Source of the DNA: Verrucomicrobiota bacterium
Lineage (GTDB): Bacteria > Verrucomicrobiota > Verrucomicrobiia > Methylacidiphilales > JBCBYL01
Direction: 5' to 3'
DNA length: 64,000 nucleotides
Assembly: GCA_038748025.1 (NCBI GenBank)
Contig: JBCDJI010000010.1
Span: 69,453 to 133,452 of the forward strand
Below the pieces are notes generated by a model. The model was not told where the DNA came from. It made no database searches and saw nothing but the letters and a program-made list of their open reading frames with translations. Shown here piece by piece: positions 1 through 8,385 of this stretch; within the stretch, counting starts at the first letter, position 1; each line of letters begins with the position of its first letter. The translations under genes were made by a program, and so were the position numbers.

Positions 1-1
1 C

Positions 2-814
2 ATTTTTGAAGCCGCTCAGAACAAAGCAGGTGCGGGTCATTTTGGTTCACGCTTTACCTGGCTGCCCGACGGGACTCTGCTCTTTTCCGTCGGGGACGGA
101 GGGAATCCCCCGGCAAGCTATCGCGGTCAGCTCATCCGGGAACAGGCACAATCCCTCCAGGCTCATTTTGGTAAAATTATCCGTATTGAGGATGATGGTC
201 GTATTCCGGCAGACAATCCTTTTAACGGGCGACCGGATGTCCGCAGGGAAATCTGGAGCTATGGCCACCGCAACGTGCAGGGCATCACTTTTGATGCAAA
301 AGGGGGAAGAGTTTTTGCCACTGAGCATGGCAGCAAAGGGGGTGACGAGCTTAATCTTGTCACTGCAGGGACAAACTACGGTTGGCCGCTGACAACGTAT
401 TCCACTGAGTATGACATTTCAGGTACGCCGATTTCTGAATATCAGGAACTTCCCGGTATGCAGGACCCGATTGCAGTCTGGACTCCCTCCATCGCCCCAT
501 CCGGTATCGTTTACTATGACGCAGACCGTTACCAGAATTGGAAAGACAGCCTGTTTCTGGCAGCCATGGTTTTACGCGCGGATCGCTCACTTATGGCCTA
601 TGCCACCCTGCCGGCGGGAGCTATTCTGCGGATTGAGCTGGATCCATCCGGTCTTCCCCGGTTTCAGCAGCGCATCGACTTGGGTCCATACCGTATCCGT
701 GATATTGATCAAGGTCAGGATGGTTTTTTATACGTGCTAACAGATGGTACAGATCCGCAGAATAAACCAGGCACCCGGGCCGGTGCTTTACTGCGGATTG
801 ACTCTGTGCAGTAG
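2..814 (+). CDS. PQQ-dependent sugar (aldose/sorbosone) dehydrogenase, C-terminal part (5' end lies outside the window)
   Basis: The frame of track ORF 275..814 stays open back to base 2 (IFEAAQNKAGAGHFGSRFTWLPDGTLLFSVGDGGNPP...HRNVQGITFD...GGDELNLVTAGTNYGWP). These are YliI/Asd-type beta-propeller motifs. Confidence 0.8.
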   Translation: MFEAAQNKAGAGHFGSRFTWLPDGTLLFSVGDGGNPPASYRGQLIREQAQSLQAHFGKIIRIEDDGRIPADNPFNGRPDVRREIWSYGHRNVQGITFDAKGGRVFATEHGSKGGDELNLVTAGTNYGWPLTTYSTEYDISGTPISEYQELPGMQDPIAVWTPSIAPSGIVYYDADRYQNWKDSLFLAAMVLRADRSLMAYATLPAGAILRIELDPSGLPRFQQRIDLGPYRIRDIDQGQDGFLYVLTDGTDPQNKPGTRAGALLRIDSVQ

Positions 815-1095
815 TCCTCGACTGCGGAATCCGGTATGAAACGTTTTTTAGTGACCCGTTTCTCATCTAACCGGATCAAGTATCACGCTAGCACTTCATG
901 TCCGGCGCCCAGGATAAATTGCCGATTTCCAGGCCAGTAATAAACGAATGACGAACAACCGACAGCCAGGCGGGCTGGGCACTCAAGTAGTTTTTCTCCC
1001 TTTGATCGATGCATCTCAACACCTGCTCATTTAGATCCTGTTATTACTTTTTCGTGGAAAATTTTGTAGTAAGTTAATTTAAGCAACTGTTCATT

Positions 1096-1875
1096 GTGAC
1101 CTACCTCTATTTCCATCTGGTTTTTATTCTGCCAGTGATTTTTGTCTTCTGGCATCTGCGTCGGCAGGAAGCCCACCTGGATCTACCGCTACAAAAATCA
1201 GGCATCGCCATTCTGGCAATGATTGCCTTCGTCTACACAACACCCTGGGACAATTATCTGGTGGCTTCACAGATCTGGACATATGGAGAGGGGCGTGTCC
1301 TGGAATCGCTGGTCATCGGATATGTGCCCATTGAAGAATACATGTTTTTCATTTTACAGCCCATTATGACCGGGACCTTTCTACTCCTGATGGCACAGCG
1401 CCATCATGCCAATACCAGCACTTTCGGTATGGCACGAAAACGTGGCAGGCCTGCCTGGGCGGGAGCTGCTTTATTCCTCCTTTTTTCCCTGTTCGGTTTG
1501 CTGTGCCTGAAAGGCTTGTCAGAGAAATTTACCTATCTGGGACTGATTCTGACCTGGGCCTGTCCGGTGCTGGCCTTTCAGTGGTTCTATGGCGGTGGCA
1601 CCCTGTGGCAGCATCGAAAGCTTTTGCGGGAGGCTGTGACATTTCCCACGATTTATTTATGGGTCGTTGACATGATCGCGATCGAATGGCGGATCTGGCA
1701 TATCCTGCCTGAGACCAGCACCGAATGGACGATCATTACCCTACCCATTGAAGAAGCGATCTTTTTTCTGGTGACCAATATGCTGGTAGTGCAAGGACTG
1801 ATTCTGTTTTACCAGCTCACTGCATACCTCAAGATCAAACAGGCTGGTTCTGCCGCCCTAAACCACGGACCCTGA
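1096..1875 (+). CDS. crtY: Lycopene cyclase domain protein (fused heterodimeric CrtYc/CrtYd type)
   Basis: 259-aa polytopic membrane protein with two copies of the lycopene-cyclase-domain signature (TPWDNYLV...PIEEYMFF and a second PIEEAIFF). Its stop overlaps the blh start (TGATG). Confidence 0.75.
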   Translation: MTYLYFHLVFILPVIFVFWHLRRQEAHLDLPLQKSGIAILAMIAFVYTTPWDNYLVASQIWTYGEGRVLESLVIGYVPIEEYMFFILQPIMTGTFLLLMAQRHHANTSTFGMARKRGRPAWAGAALFLLFSLFGLLCLKGLSEKFTYLGLILTWACPVLAFQWFYGGGTLWQHRKLLREAVTFPTIYLWVVDMIAIEWRIWHILPETSTEWTIITLPIEEAIFFLVTNMLVVQGLILFYQLTAYLKIKQAGSAALNHGP

Positions 1876-2756
1876 TGGAAGTCTGGCCTGCCCTGATTTT
1901 TTTGAGCACGCTGGTTTTGCTGGGGATGCCGCATGGGGCGATCGACCACTACCTTTATTTCCACCTGACCCAGCAGCCATTCCGCACGCTGTCTCTGCTC
2001 ATATTTGTCCTGATCTATCTGCTTTTTTCATTTTTGATGGCCGGGCTGTGGATTCTTTTCCCAGCTGTCTGCGTCTGCGGATTAATTGGGCTGACCTGGG
2101 CACACTGGGGGGAAGGAGATATGATTTTTGAGCGTGCACAAGGGCACCCGGTCTCCTGGTTTTTCGGACTCTGGCGAGGATCCTTACCGATGTTAGTCCC
2201 CATCGTTTTATACTCGGAAAACTACCGGTCCGTGCTGCATGCCGGTATGCAGGTCGTGGATCCTGATATCTCTCCCGCCTCTTTCGAATGGCTCCAGTCG
2301 CCGCAGTTACTGGCAGTGGTGGTCGCTTTGCTGGTCCTGATCGGCGTCTTGAGCTGGTTCTTTATTCTTATTGATTCTGGATTTACAGGCCGTCTGAAAT
2401 GGAGATGGTTGGGAGAAGAAGTCGTGCTGGTCGTATTCTTCCTGATGCTTCCACCTCTTGCCAGTATCGGCTTATACTTTTCCCTATGGCACGCCCGCCG
2501 ACATATCCGGGTGAGTTGTCGTGAACTGGGCCCACCTGTCTGGACGGAAACCGGAATCGACTGGCCCAGGTTTTACCTGTGGGCTGCCCCCTTTACGGTT
2601 GCCGGTATTTTACTGATGAGCCTGCTGCCGGTTTTCTACCTGAAAAGTGAAGATTTTCTGATGTTTTTGGTAGGCAGCTATCTCATCACTCTCTGGTCCT
2701 TTACCTGGCCACATGCCGTCATTTGTCGCTTATTGCATAAAAAATTGTCATTTTAA
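1875..2756 (+). CDS. blh: Brp/Blh family beta-carotene 15,15'-dioxygenase (retinal synthesis)
   Basis: 293-aa membrane protein with the N-terminal PHGAIDH motif and later His residues (WAHWGEGD, LWHARRH) typical of Blh. It lies between a lycopene cyclase and a rhodopsin. Confidence 0.8.
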   Translation: MEVWPALIFLSTLVLLGMPHGAIDHYLYFHLTQQPFRTLSLLIFVLIYLLFSFLMAGLWILFPAVCVCGLIGLTWAHWGEGDMIFERAQGHPVSWFFGLWRGSLPMLVPIVLYSENYRSVLHAGMQVVDPDISPASFEWLQSPQLLAVVVALLVLIGVLSWFFILIDSGFTGRLKWRWLGEEVVLVVFFLMLPPLASIGLYFSLWHARRHIRVSCRELGPPVWTETGIDWPRFYLWAAPFTVAGILLMSLLPVFYLKSEDFLMFLVGSYLITLWSFTWPHAVICRLLHKKLSF

Positions 2757-2824
2757 CATTTATCCGTTTGCAAAACTTAAATAGTGTTATATGTCTTACC
2801 TCTAACCATTAGGAGAAATAAATA

Positions 2825-3610
2825 ATGCCCGAATTATCATTAGGTCAATACGAACTCGTATATAATATGTTGTCATTGACGATCGCATGCATGTTTGCAT
2901 CTTTCGTCTTTTTTGTTTTAAGCAAAAACACCGTCTCTCCCCGCTATCGCGGATCTGTCATCGCCTCCGCGATTGTGGTCTTCATTGCCGGATACCACTA
3001 TGTCAGGATCTTCGGCAGCTGGGAAGGTGCCTATCAGCTCGCCGGAGGCGGCGGGTCATATGTGGCAACCGGCGAGCCATTCAACGATGCCTACCGCTAT
3101 GTGGACTGGCTACTGACCGTTCCGCTGCTCATGGTGGAACTGGTTCTGGTCCTGAGTTTGTCTGCTGCACTTACCAAGGAACTGATTGCCAAACTGGGAG
3201 TTGCTGCATTTTTGATGATTGCTTTGGGATACCCGGGGGAAATTGACCGTGAAAGTACAGAGCTTTTCTCTAACCGCGGACTATGGGGTTTTCTCAGTAC
3301 CATCCCGTTTGTCTACATTCTGTATACGGTATTCACTCAGCTGAAGATTGCCATGGGTAAAGCTTCCAAAGAAGTGGCCGTCTTGTTACGGAATGCAGGA
3401 TTGCTGACCCTCTTCACCTGGGGATTTTACCCGATTGCTTTTATGGCCCCGTTCTATGGCTTACAAGGCGGTGATGCCGAGGCCATTCTGCAGGTCGGAT
3501 ACAGCATAGCGGATATTACTGCAAAATGCGGATATGGTCTGATCATCTTTGCAATCGCTCGTTTGCGGTCTGCTGAAGAAGGTTATGAAGGTGCTGTTTC
3601 ACACAAATAA
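2825..3610 (+). CDS. Microbial rhodopsin, xanthorhodopsin/Gloeobacter-rhodopsin-like outward proton pump (DTE motif)
   Basis: Helix C RYVDWLLTVPLLMVE gives D/T/E at the BR 85/89/96-equivalent positions. The retinal Lys is in SIADITAKCGYG. The His partner is in GYHYVRIF. The N-terminus LGQYELVYNMLSLTIACMFAS resembles GR/XR, and there is no signal peptide. AGGAG lies 8 nt upstream of the ATG. Confidence 0.9.
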   Translation: MPELSLGQYELVYNMLSLTIACMFASFVFFVLSKNTVSPRYRGSVIASAIVVFIAGYHYVRIFGSWEGAYQLAGGGGSYVATGEPFNDAYRYVDWLLTVPLLMVELVLVLSLSAALTKELIAKLGVAAFLMIALGYPGEIDRESTELFSNRGLWGFLSTIPFVYILYTVFTQLKIAMGKASKEVAVLLRNAGLLTLFTWGFYPIAFMAPFYGLQGGDAEAILQVGYSIADITAKCGYGLIIFAIARLRSAEEGYEGAVSHK

Positions 3611-3644
3611 AGCCACCGCTTACTCTTTTATCATTTCTAAACCA

Positions 3645-3672
3645 AAACCCCGGCCGTTGCCGGGGTTTTTTG
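3645..3672 (+). terminator. Rho-independent terminator of the rhodopsin operon
   Basis: aaaCCCCGGCcgttGCCGGGGtttttt: a 7-bp GC stem and 4-nt loop followed by a T6 run. Confidence 0.8.
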
Positions 3673-3772
3673 TCTGAATCCTCACTTCACGGAAATTCAC
3701 AGGATCAAAAACGGAACTGGGTCGCATACAACATCACTTGCCAAGTTCGCAGGGTTAGGGCATTTTTTTTCT

Positions 3773-4240
3773 ATGAGTATACCACCCATTCCAGCACATC
3801 TCGGATCCGTTACAACCAGCCTCAATTTTCATGATGCCAAGGCTGCCATGGATTTTTATGCCAGGGTGTTCAACGCTGAAGTTCTCTACACCATGGATGC
3901 GCCTGACGGCAGTGGCACTATCATGCATGGAGAATTCAGAATCGGTGACACTGTCTTCATGTTCAGTGACGAAGCACCCGACTGGGGTGCCCTTTCACCG
4001 CAAACGGTTCGTACCTGCCCTTTCAGTTTATGCCATTACGTGGAAAATTGCGACGAGGTGCATGCGAGAGCGCTGGATGCCGGGGCTGATGAAACCCGTC
4101 CTCCTACCGATTACCCATGGGGCGAGCGCGCTTCGATGGTAACTGACCCGTTTGGCTATCGCTGGAATATCGCTACCCACATCGAGGATGTCACACCCGA
4201 AGAAATCAACGAACGTCTTAAAACCTGGCAACCGGAATAG
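3773..4240 (+). CDS. VOC (glyoxalase/bleomycin-resistance, PhnB-like) family protein
   Basis: 155 aa. The patterns FYARVFNAEV...HGEFRIGDTVFMFSDE...PWGERASMVTDPFGYRWNI are typical of PhnB-like VOC proteins. Confidence 0.7.
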   Translation: MSIPPIPAHLGSVTTSLNFHDAKAAMDFYARVFNAEVLYTMDAPDGSGTIMHGEFRIGDTVFMFSDEAPDWGALSPQTVRTCPFSLCHYVENCDEVHARALDAGADETRPPTDYPWGERASMVTDPFGYRWNIATHIEDVTPEEINERLKTWQPE

Positions 4241-4686
4241 TGTTCAACCACAGCGGATATTTCACATTATGGATTGCCGTCATAGTGGCTTGCTCTACTA
4301 TTGTGAGTGCTAACGATTCATCCGCCACACTGGAGTCTTATCGGTGGCAGAAACGACTGCTGATTGGTGCGGTCTCTGAGCCAGGTGTCGCTGAAACCCT
4401 GACTGCAGAGATGCATAAGCATCTGGAAGCGCTCAAGGAGCGCAAGTGCCTGGTTCTCATCCGGGCTGGTGAAAAATGGATTACGAATGAAAGCAATGAT
4501 CTCCGTCGATATCCGCCAAACCTGAGTGAGGCTGTCTTAAAAAAAATCAAAGACTATCCATTGGCTTTGATAGGGCTGGACGGAGGTGTAAAATCACGTT
4601 ACCACATCAAGGAATTCTCCTGGGAGCAAGTCTTCAGTGAAATTGATTCCATGCCTATGCGGCAACGGGAAATGAACGGTTATTAA
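4240..4686 (+). CDS. DUF4174-like secreted protein
   Basis: 148 aa with an N-terminal signal-like segment. YRWQKRLLI...LIGLDGGVKSRY matches my memory of the DUF4174 signature. GTG start overlaps the upstream stop. Confidence 0.55.
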   Translation: MFNHSGYFTLWIAVIVACSTIVSANDSSATLESYRWQKRLLIGAVSEPGVAETLTAEMHKHLEALKERKCLVLIRAGEKWITNESNDLRRYPPNLSEAVLKKIKDYPLALIGLDGGVKSRYHIKEFSWEQVFSEIDSMPMRQREMNGY

Positions 4687-4733
4687 AATATATAGGCACC
4701 TGCATTTGCAGTTAAGCCTAAAGAGCATATCTT

Positions 4734-4946
4734 GTGTGCATGAGTAATGATTCACACACCAATACCTGGCCGGAACTGGCGATCGGCTTATACGACAAGC
4801 TAACCGGTAGAAATGCTGAAATCACTTATACCTTTGAAGACTTCGAGGTGCTTGTCCCCAGCGGAACCGGTCCAGATGCCAACCATGCCCAGTGGAAAGC
4901 TAACGGCACCCTTAAGATAAGCACTCGCGATCGGGATGGCAGCTAG
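4734..4946 (+). CDS. Hypothetical small protein
   Basis: 70-aa ORF in an otherwise empty gap. No recognisable motif. Confidence 0.3.
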   Translation: MCMSNDSHTNTWPELAIGLYDKLTGRNAEITYTFEDFEVLVPSGTGPDANHAQWKANGTLKISTRDRDGS

Positions 4947-5256
4947 GCAGCCTGTTTCGCTTGATGTTGAAGCAGATCTGATCCTGTCCTGTGACGGTTA
5001 TCAGGCACATCTTTATACCCAGGATGGTCTTATTTTTCTGAAAATATCATCCATTTTTTTCCTGTGGAAAATGAAGTCCGTTCATCGTGTAATCTCTCGT
5101 ATTAAAGCGATTTTTCCTGCTTACTCGCTTGAAATAAATCCGGACATTGTGGTTATGCTTAAGGAACGATCTCTTGCACGCATCATATTGTCCCGCGGGG
5201 GTTGGCATGTCAAATTCACTCCGCTGAAGTTCCTGCTTAAAGAACGAGCAGCCTGA
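4936..5256 (+). CDS. Hypothetical protein
   Basis: 106-aa ORF overlapping the previous ORF by 11 nt. No recognisable motif. Confidence 0.3.
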   Translation: MAARQPVSLDVEADLILSCDGYQAHLYTQDGLIFLKISSIFFLWKMKSVHRVISRIKAIFPAYSLEINPDIVVMLKERSLARIILSRGGWHVKFTPLKFLLKERAA

Positions 5257-5317
5257 GCACTGAAGTGCACGGACTACTTCAGTTGAGGCCTGCAATTCCC
5301 CTCACAGCACCGAGCAA

Positions 5318-5920
5318 TCAGAATTGATTTCGTATCAAGACTTCTTCTCGCGGTAGCACGCCCGGTTTCGGCCAAGCCGGTTTGACCGCTTTACCGACCG
5401 TAATCATAAATCCGATCACATGATCTTCGGGAAGACCCACGATTTTTCCGACAGCTGCCGGATCAAATCCGATCATCGGACAGGAATCGAAACCCATGTC
5501 TTTAGCTGCCAGCATGATCGTCTGACCGGCAATACCGCAAGACCGCATCGCTTCATCGCGTTGGAGCTGTGGTTTATCCTGGTAGAATGGCTTGATCATC
5601 GGCACCAGAATATCCTGCGCCGCCTGGGGTGCTTCCGTCCAGTAACGCTCGGGATTCTTATCCCACGCCAGTAAGTCCGCGCAGAGCAAAATGACCATGG
5701 ATGCTTCTTCCACATGCGCCTGATCCCATGCGGCGGCACGAATCTGTTGCTGGATCTCCTTATCGGTGATCGCGACAAAGCGCCAGTTCTGGAGGTTGAA
5801 TGAAGTCGGGGATTGCACGGCGAGATCGAAGAGTGACTGGATTTCTTCTTCACTCAGTCGATGTTCCGGATCGTAGTGTTTCACCGCGCGTCGTTCGCGG
5901 ATGGCAGTTTGTGTTTCCAT
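5318..5920 (-). CDS. Nitroreductase family protein (NAD(P)H-flavin oxidoreductase)
   Basis: IRERRAVKHYD...LAVQSPTSFNLQNWRFV...CPMIGFD is a classic nitroreductase fold signature. I chose the start METQT (5920), downstream of the stop of the preceding gene (5943), rather than the track start 5989. Confidence 0.8.
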   Translation of the reverse strand: METQTAIRERRAVKHYDPEHRLSEEEIQSLFDLAVQSPTSFNLQNWRFVAITDKEIQQQIRAAAWDQAHVEEASMVILLCADLLAWDKNPERYWTEAPQAAQDILVPMIKPFYQDKPQLQRDEAMRSCGIAGQTIMLAAKDMGFDSCPMIGFDPAAVGKIVGLPEDHVIGFMITVGKAVKPAWPKPGVLPREEVLIRNQF

Positions 5921-5942
5921 GATGAGTTTTCCTTGGTTTAAG

Positions 5943-7028
5943 TTAGAGGGTTTTAAAATCGGTATATCCGGCAGCTCCTTTGGGTTCATACCAGTCGGCC
6001 ATGTCCGCTTCCGGATTCAGTTCAGCACCAGCCGCAAATCGTTGCGGCAAGTCGGGATTGCTGATGTAGGGGCGACCGAAGGCAATCAGATCGGCATGAC
6101 CTGCCGTAATCGCAGCTTCTGCAGTTTCCCGGGTGTAGCCGCAGTTGCCGATCAGTGTGCCGTCGAAAACTGCACGAAATTCCGCCAAAGTCATCGGTTC
6201 GCCGAGTTCATGGAAGCCGAAGGCCAGTCCGTCCATCACGTGCAGATAGCCAACTTTCATCCGATTAAGCTGTTTCGCGACGTAAGTAAACTGTTCCCGA
6301 TAATCCGGCGAACCCATATCATTGAACGCACCATTCGGAGCCAGCCGGACGCCCACGCGTTCTGCGCCCCAGATTTTACTAACCGCCACGATGACTTCCA
6401 ACAGCAGGCGGGATCGTTTTTCGACGTTACCTCCGTAGCCGTCGGTGCGGTGGTTGGTTTTCGACTGCAGGAACTGATCCAGCAGGTAGCCATTGGCAGC
6501 ATGCACTTCGACTCCGTCGAATCCGGCATCCTTAGCTCGTCGTGCAGCGGATTTATAATCGGCCACGATGCCTTTAAGCTCCTCCGTTTCGAGCGCTCGT
6601 GGCACTTCATGCGGCTGCTTACCTTCGGGGGTGTGAATATATTCCTCGTTGATGGCGATCGCTGAAGCCGAGACGGAGAGTTCCCCATCGTGGAAACTGC
6701 TGTGCGAAGCACGACCACAATGCCACAGCTGCAGGAAGATCGTTCCGCCCTGAGCATGTACCGTATCCACCGTTTGCTTCCAGCCCTCGGTCATCTCATC
6801 GGTGTAAATCCCCGGCGATTGCACCCAACCCAGACCCTGTTTAGAGATACTGGTGGCTTCGGTAATAATCAAACCTGCCGAAGCACGCTGGGCGTAATAC
6901 TCAGCCATCAGATCATTCGGGATGCGTTGCTCACCTGCACGCGCGCGCGTCATGGGTGCCAGTGTGATTCGGTTTTTCAGTTCCATATTTCCCAGTTGAA
7001 CGGGAGTCAGTAGTTTTTGTTCGGACAT
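5943..7028 (-). CDS. Old Yellow Enzyme family NADH:flavin oxidoreductase / alkene (N-ethylmaleimide) reductase
   Basis: 361 aa. LKNRITLAPMTRARA...WHCGRASH...GFDGVEVHAANGYLLDQFL...GNCGY is an NemA/OYE-type TIM barrel signature. Confidence 0.85.
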   Translation of the reverse strand: MSEQKLLTPVQLGNMELKNRITLAPMTRARAGEQRIPNDLMAEYYAQRASAGLIITEATSISKQGLGWVQSPGIYTDEMTEGWKQTVDTVHAQGGTIFLQLWHCGRASHSSFHDGELSVSASAIAINEEYIHTPEGKQPHEVPRALETEELKGIVADYKSAARRAKDAGFDGVEVHAANGYLLDQFLQSKTNHRTDGYGGNVEKRSRLLLEVIVAVSKIWGAERVGVRLAPNGAFNDMGSPDYREQFTYVAKQLNRMKVGYLHVMDGLAFGFHELGEPMTLAEFRAVFDGTLIGNCGYTRETAEAAITAGHADLIAFGRPYISNPDLPQRFAAGAELNPEADMADWYEPKGAAGYTDFKTL

Positions 7029-7074
7029 AGTTGGCGTGTATAAATAGTTTGAGTTTTCGTTTACAGCATGAGCC

Positions 7075-7689
7075 TTATTTTGACTCGGAATGGCAGGGCT
7101 TCAACTTGAGGCCCTCTTCGATCACGACTTGAAAAAAATCATCGAGCGGTTTGATGTGGCCTTCGATCTGCATTCGAATGGTCGCCCCCTCCCATGAATT
7201 GATCAGCACACTGGCGAGTGCATCCGGGTCGTGCATTTCACAGATTGCTCCGGCAGCCTGCGCTTCCCGCACGGTCTGGGCCAGAATGACCGCCCACTGA
7301 TCATACGTGGATTTCACGGCTGCCCGCAGCAGCGGGCTTAACTGGCAAACCTCCAGCGCCAGCTTGGCGACCAGACACGTCCGCTTCGCCCCATTCTCCC
7401 GGTAATGACTGCGTAGCATTTCAAAATACCCGTATATTCGCTCCAGCGGCTTCAAGGAACGGTCGCTCAGAAACTGCTTCATGTGCTCCATATGCTGCTC
7501 CGAGCTGCGCTCTACTACCGATACTGCAAAATCCTCCTTGGACTTGAAGTAGTGGTAGAAGGAGCCTTTCGGCACCTCTGCGGTCTTCAGGATTTCGCTG
7601 AGCCCGGCTCCATGGTAGCTTTTTTCACCAATCAGCTGCATTCCACATTGAATCAAGCGTTCTTTGGTATTTTCTGTTGTTGCAATCAT
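7075..7689 (-). CDS. TetR/AcrR family transcriptional regulator
   Basis: N-terminal HTH (GEKSYHGAGLSEILKTAEVPKGSFYHYFKSKEDF). First gene of the TetR-OYE-nitroreductase operon. Confidence 0.85.
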   Translation of the reverse strand: MIATTENTKERLIQCGMQLIGEKSYHGAGLSEILKTAEVPKGSFYHYFKSKEDFAVSVVERSSEQHMEHMKQFLSDRSLKPLERIYGYFEMLRSHYRENGAKRTCLVAKLALEVCQLSPLLRAAVKSTYDQWAVILAQTVREAQAAGAICEMHDPDALASVLINSWEGATIRMQIEGHIKPLDDFFQVVIEEGLKLKPCHSESK

Positions 7690-7695
7690 GAATTT

Positions 7696-7711
7696 ATTAG
7701 ACCAGTCGTCT
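7696..7711. promoter_or_regulatory. Operator-like half-palindrome aTTAGACCAGTCGTCT, 7 bp upstream of the TetR start codon
   Basis: 16-mer identical to 8083..8098 and related to the palindrome at 8293..8309 (TTAGACC-N4-GGTC). Confidence 0.5.
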
Positions 7712-7719
7712 CAGATAGA

Positions 7720-7902
7720 TCAAGAAAGAATTCCGACTCCGGTGCTAATCTGGTATCGTTCCAGTCGCTCCGGATACTCTACCGAAATGGATCGATTCAA
7801 TCGCTCACGAGTTTCAGCATCCAGGCTTTCGATCCAACGGAACGGGGATACTTCCCAGATGTAGCTGCCATTTTTCAGTCTGCGGACGGGTAATTTTTTC
7901 AT
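7720..7902 (-). CDS. Hypothetical small protein
   Basis: 60-aa ORF between operator copies. No motif. Confidence 0.25.
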   Translation of the reverse strand: MKKLPVRRLKNGSYIWEVSPFRWIESLDAETRERLNRSISVEYPERLERYQISTGVGILS

Positions 7903-7920
7903 TTGATTTTCTTTCTGATA

Positions 7921-8262
7921 CTAGCCGCGTGCAGAGGCGAACCCCGCTACAATAACAATTTCATAGCCATCGGCCACCTGGGCAGGTTGATAAGCTCCAT
8001 CGATGGTTCCCGTCCAAGGATTGAACCAGCCGCCGGAGAGCAAGCCGAACATCGCAAGTCCTAGTAATCCCCAAGACTTATAATTAGACCAGTCGTCTAT
8101 TTTTAGCGTAAAAAAAGAACGGTTGGATGCTGCTGAAGCCTGCTGGATCCGGTTGCGGATGGCATTGACAGGGTTACCCGCTCTGGAGGAGCGACTCAGT
8201 ATTCTGCGGCGACTTTCCAGAGTGGTTTTTGGTTGGTAGGCTTTGAATAGATTTCTCATCAT
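7921..8262 (-). CDS. Hypothetical protein (start uncertain; possibly only a short C-terminal membrane peptide is real)
   Basis: 113-aa ORF with one hydrophobic segment (GLLGLAMFGLLSGGWF). An operator-like repeat sits inside it. Confidence 0.25.
   Translation of the reverse strand: MMRNLFKAYQPKTTLESRRRILSRSSRAGNPVNAIRNRIQQASAASNRSFFTLKIDDWSNYKSWGLLGLAMFGLLSGGWFNPWTGTIDGAYQPAQVADGYEIVIVAGFASARG
8083..8098. promoter_or_regulatory. Second copy of operator-like motif aTTAGACCAGTCGTCT
   Basis: Exact 16-bp repeat of 7696..7711. It lies inside the doubtful ORF 7921..8262. Confidence 0.4.
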
Positions 8263-8292
8263 AATTTCTTTTCGAACAACAACATAGTGCTA

Positions 8293-8309
8293 TTAGACCG
8301 ACTGGTCAA
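8293..8309. promoter_or_regulatory. Third, more symmetric operator-like copy TTAGACCGACTGGTCAA in the divergent region upstream of glsA
   Basis: Shares the TTAGACC half-site. The reverse complement reads TTGACCAGTCGGTCTAA, so GACCAGTCG is common to all three copies. Confidence 0.4.
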
Positions 8310-8385
8310 CTATTATTGTTATTTTTTTAAAAATCACACTAAATTTCTTGGCTACGGAATGTAAACTGCTCTAGTTGGGAACTTT

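Noticed and set aside
940-966. ACGAATG ACGAACA ACCGACA, a heptad-like run upstream of crtY
   Set aside because: It has only three degenerate units, no inverted partner, and no similarity to the other arms. I could not distinguish it from chance.
5901-6665. 254-aa ORF on the plus strand
   Set aside because: It is antisense to the OYE reductase gene and overlaps the nitroreductase start. It is a shadow ORF.
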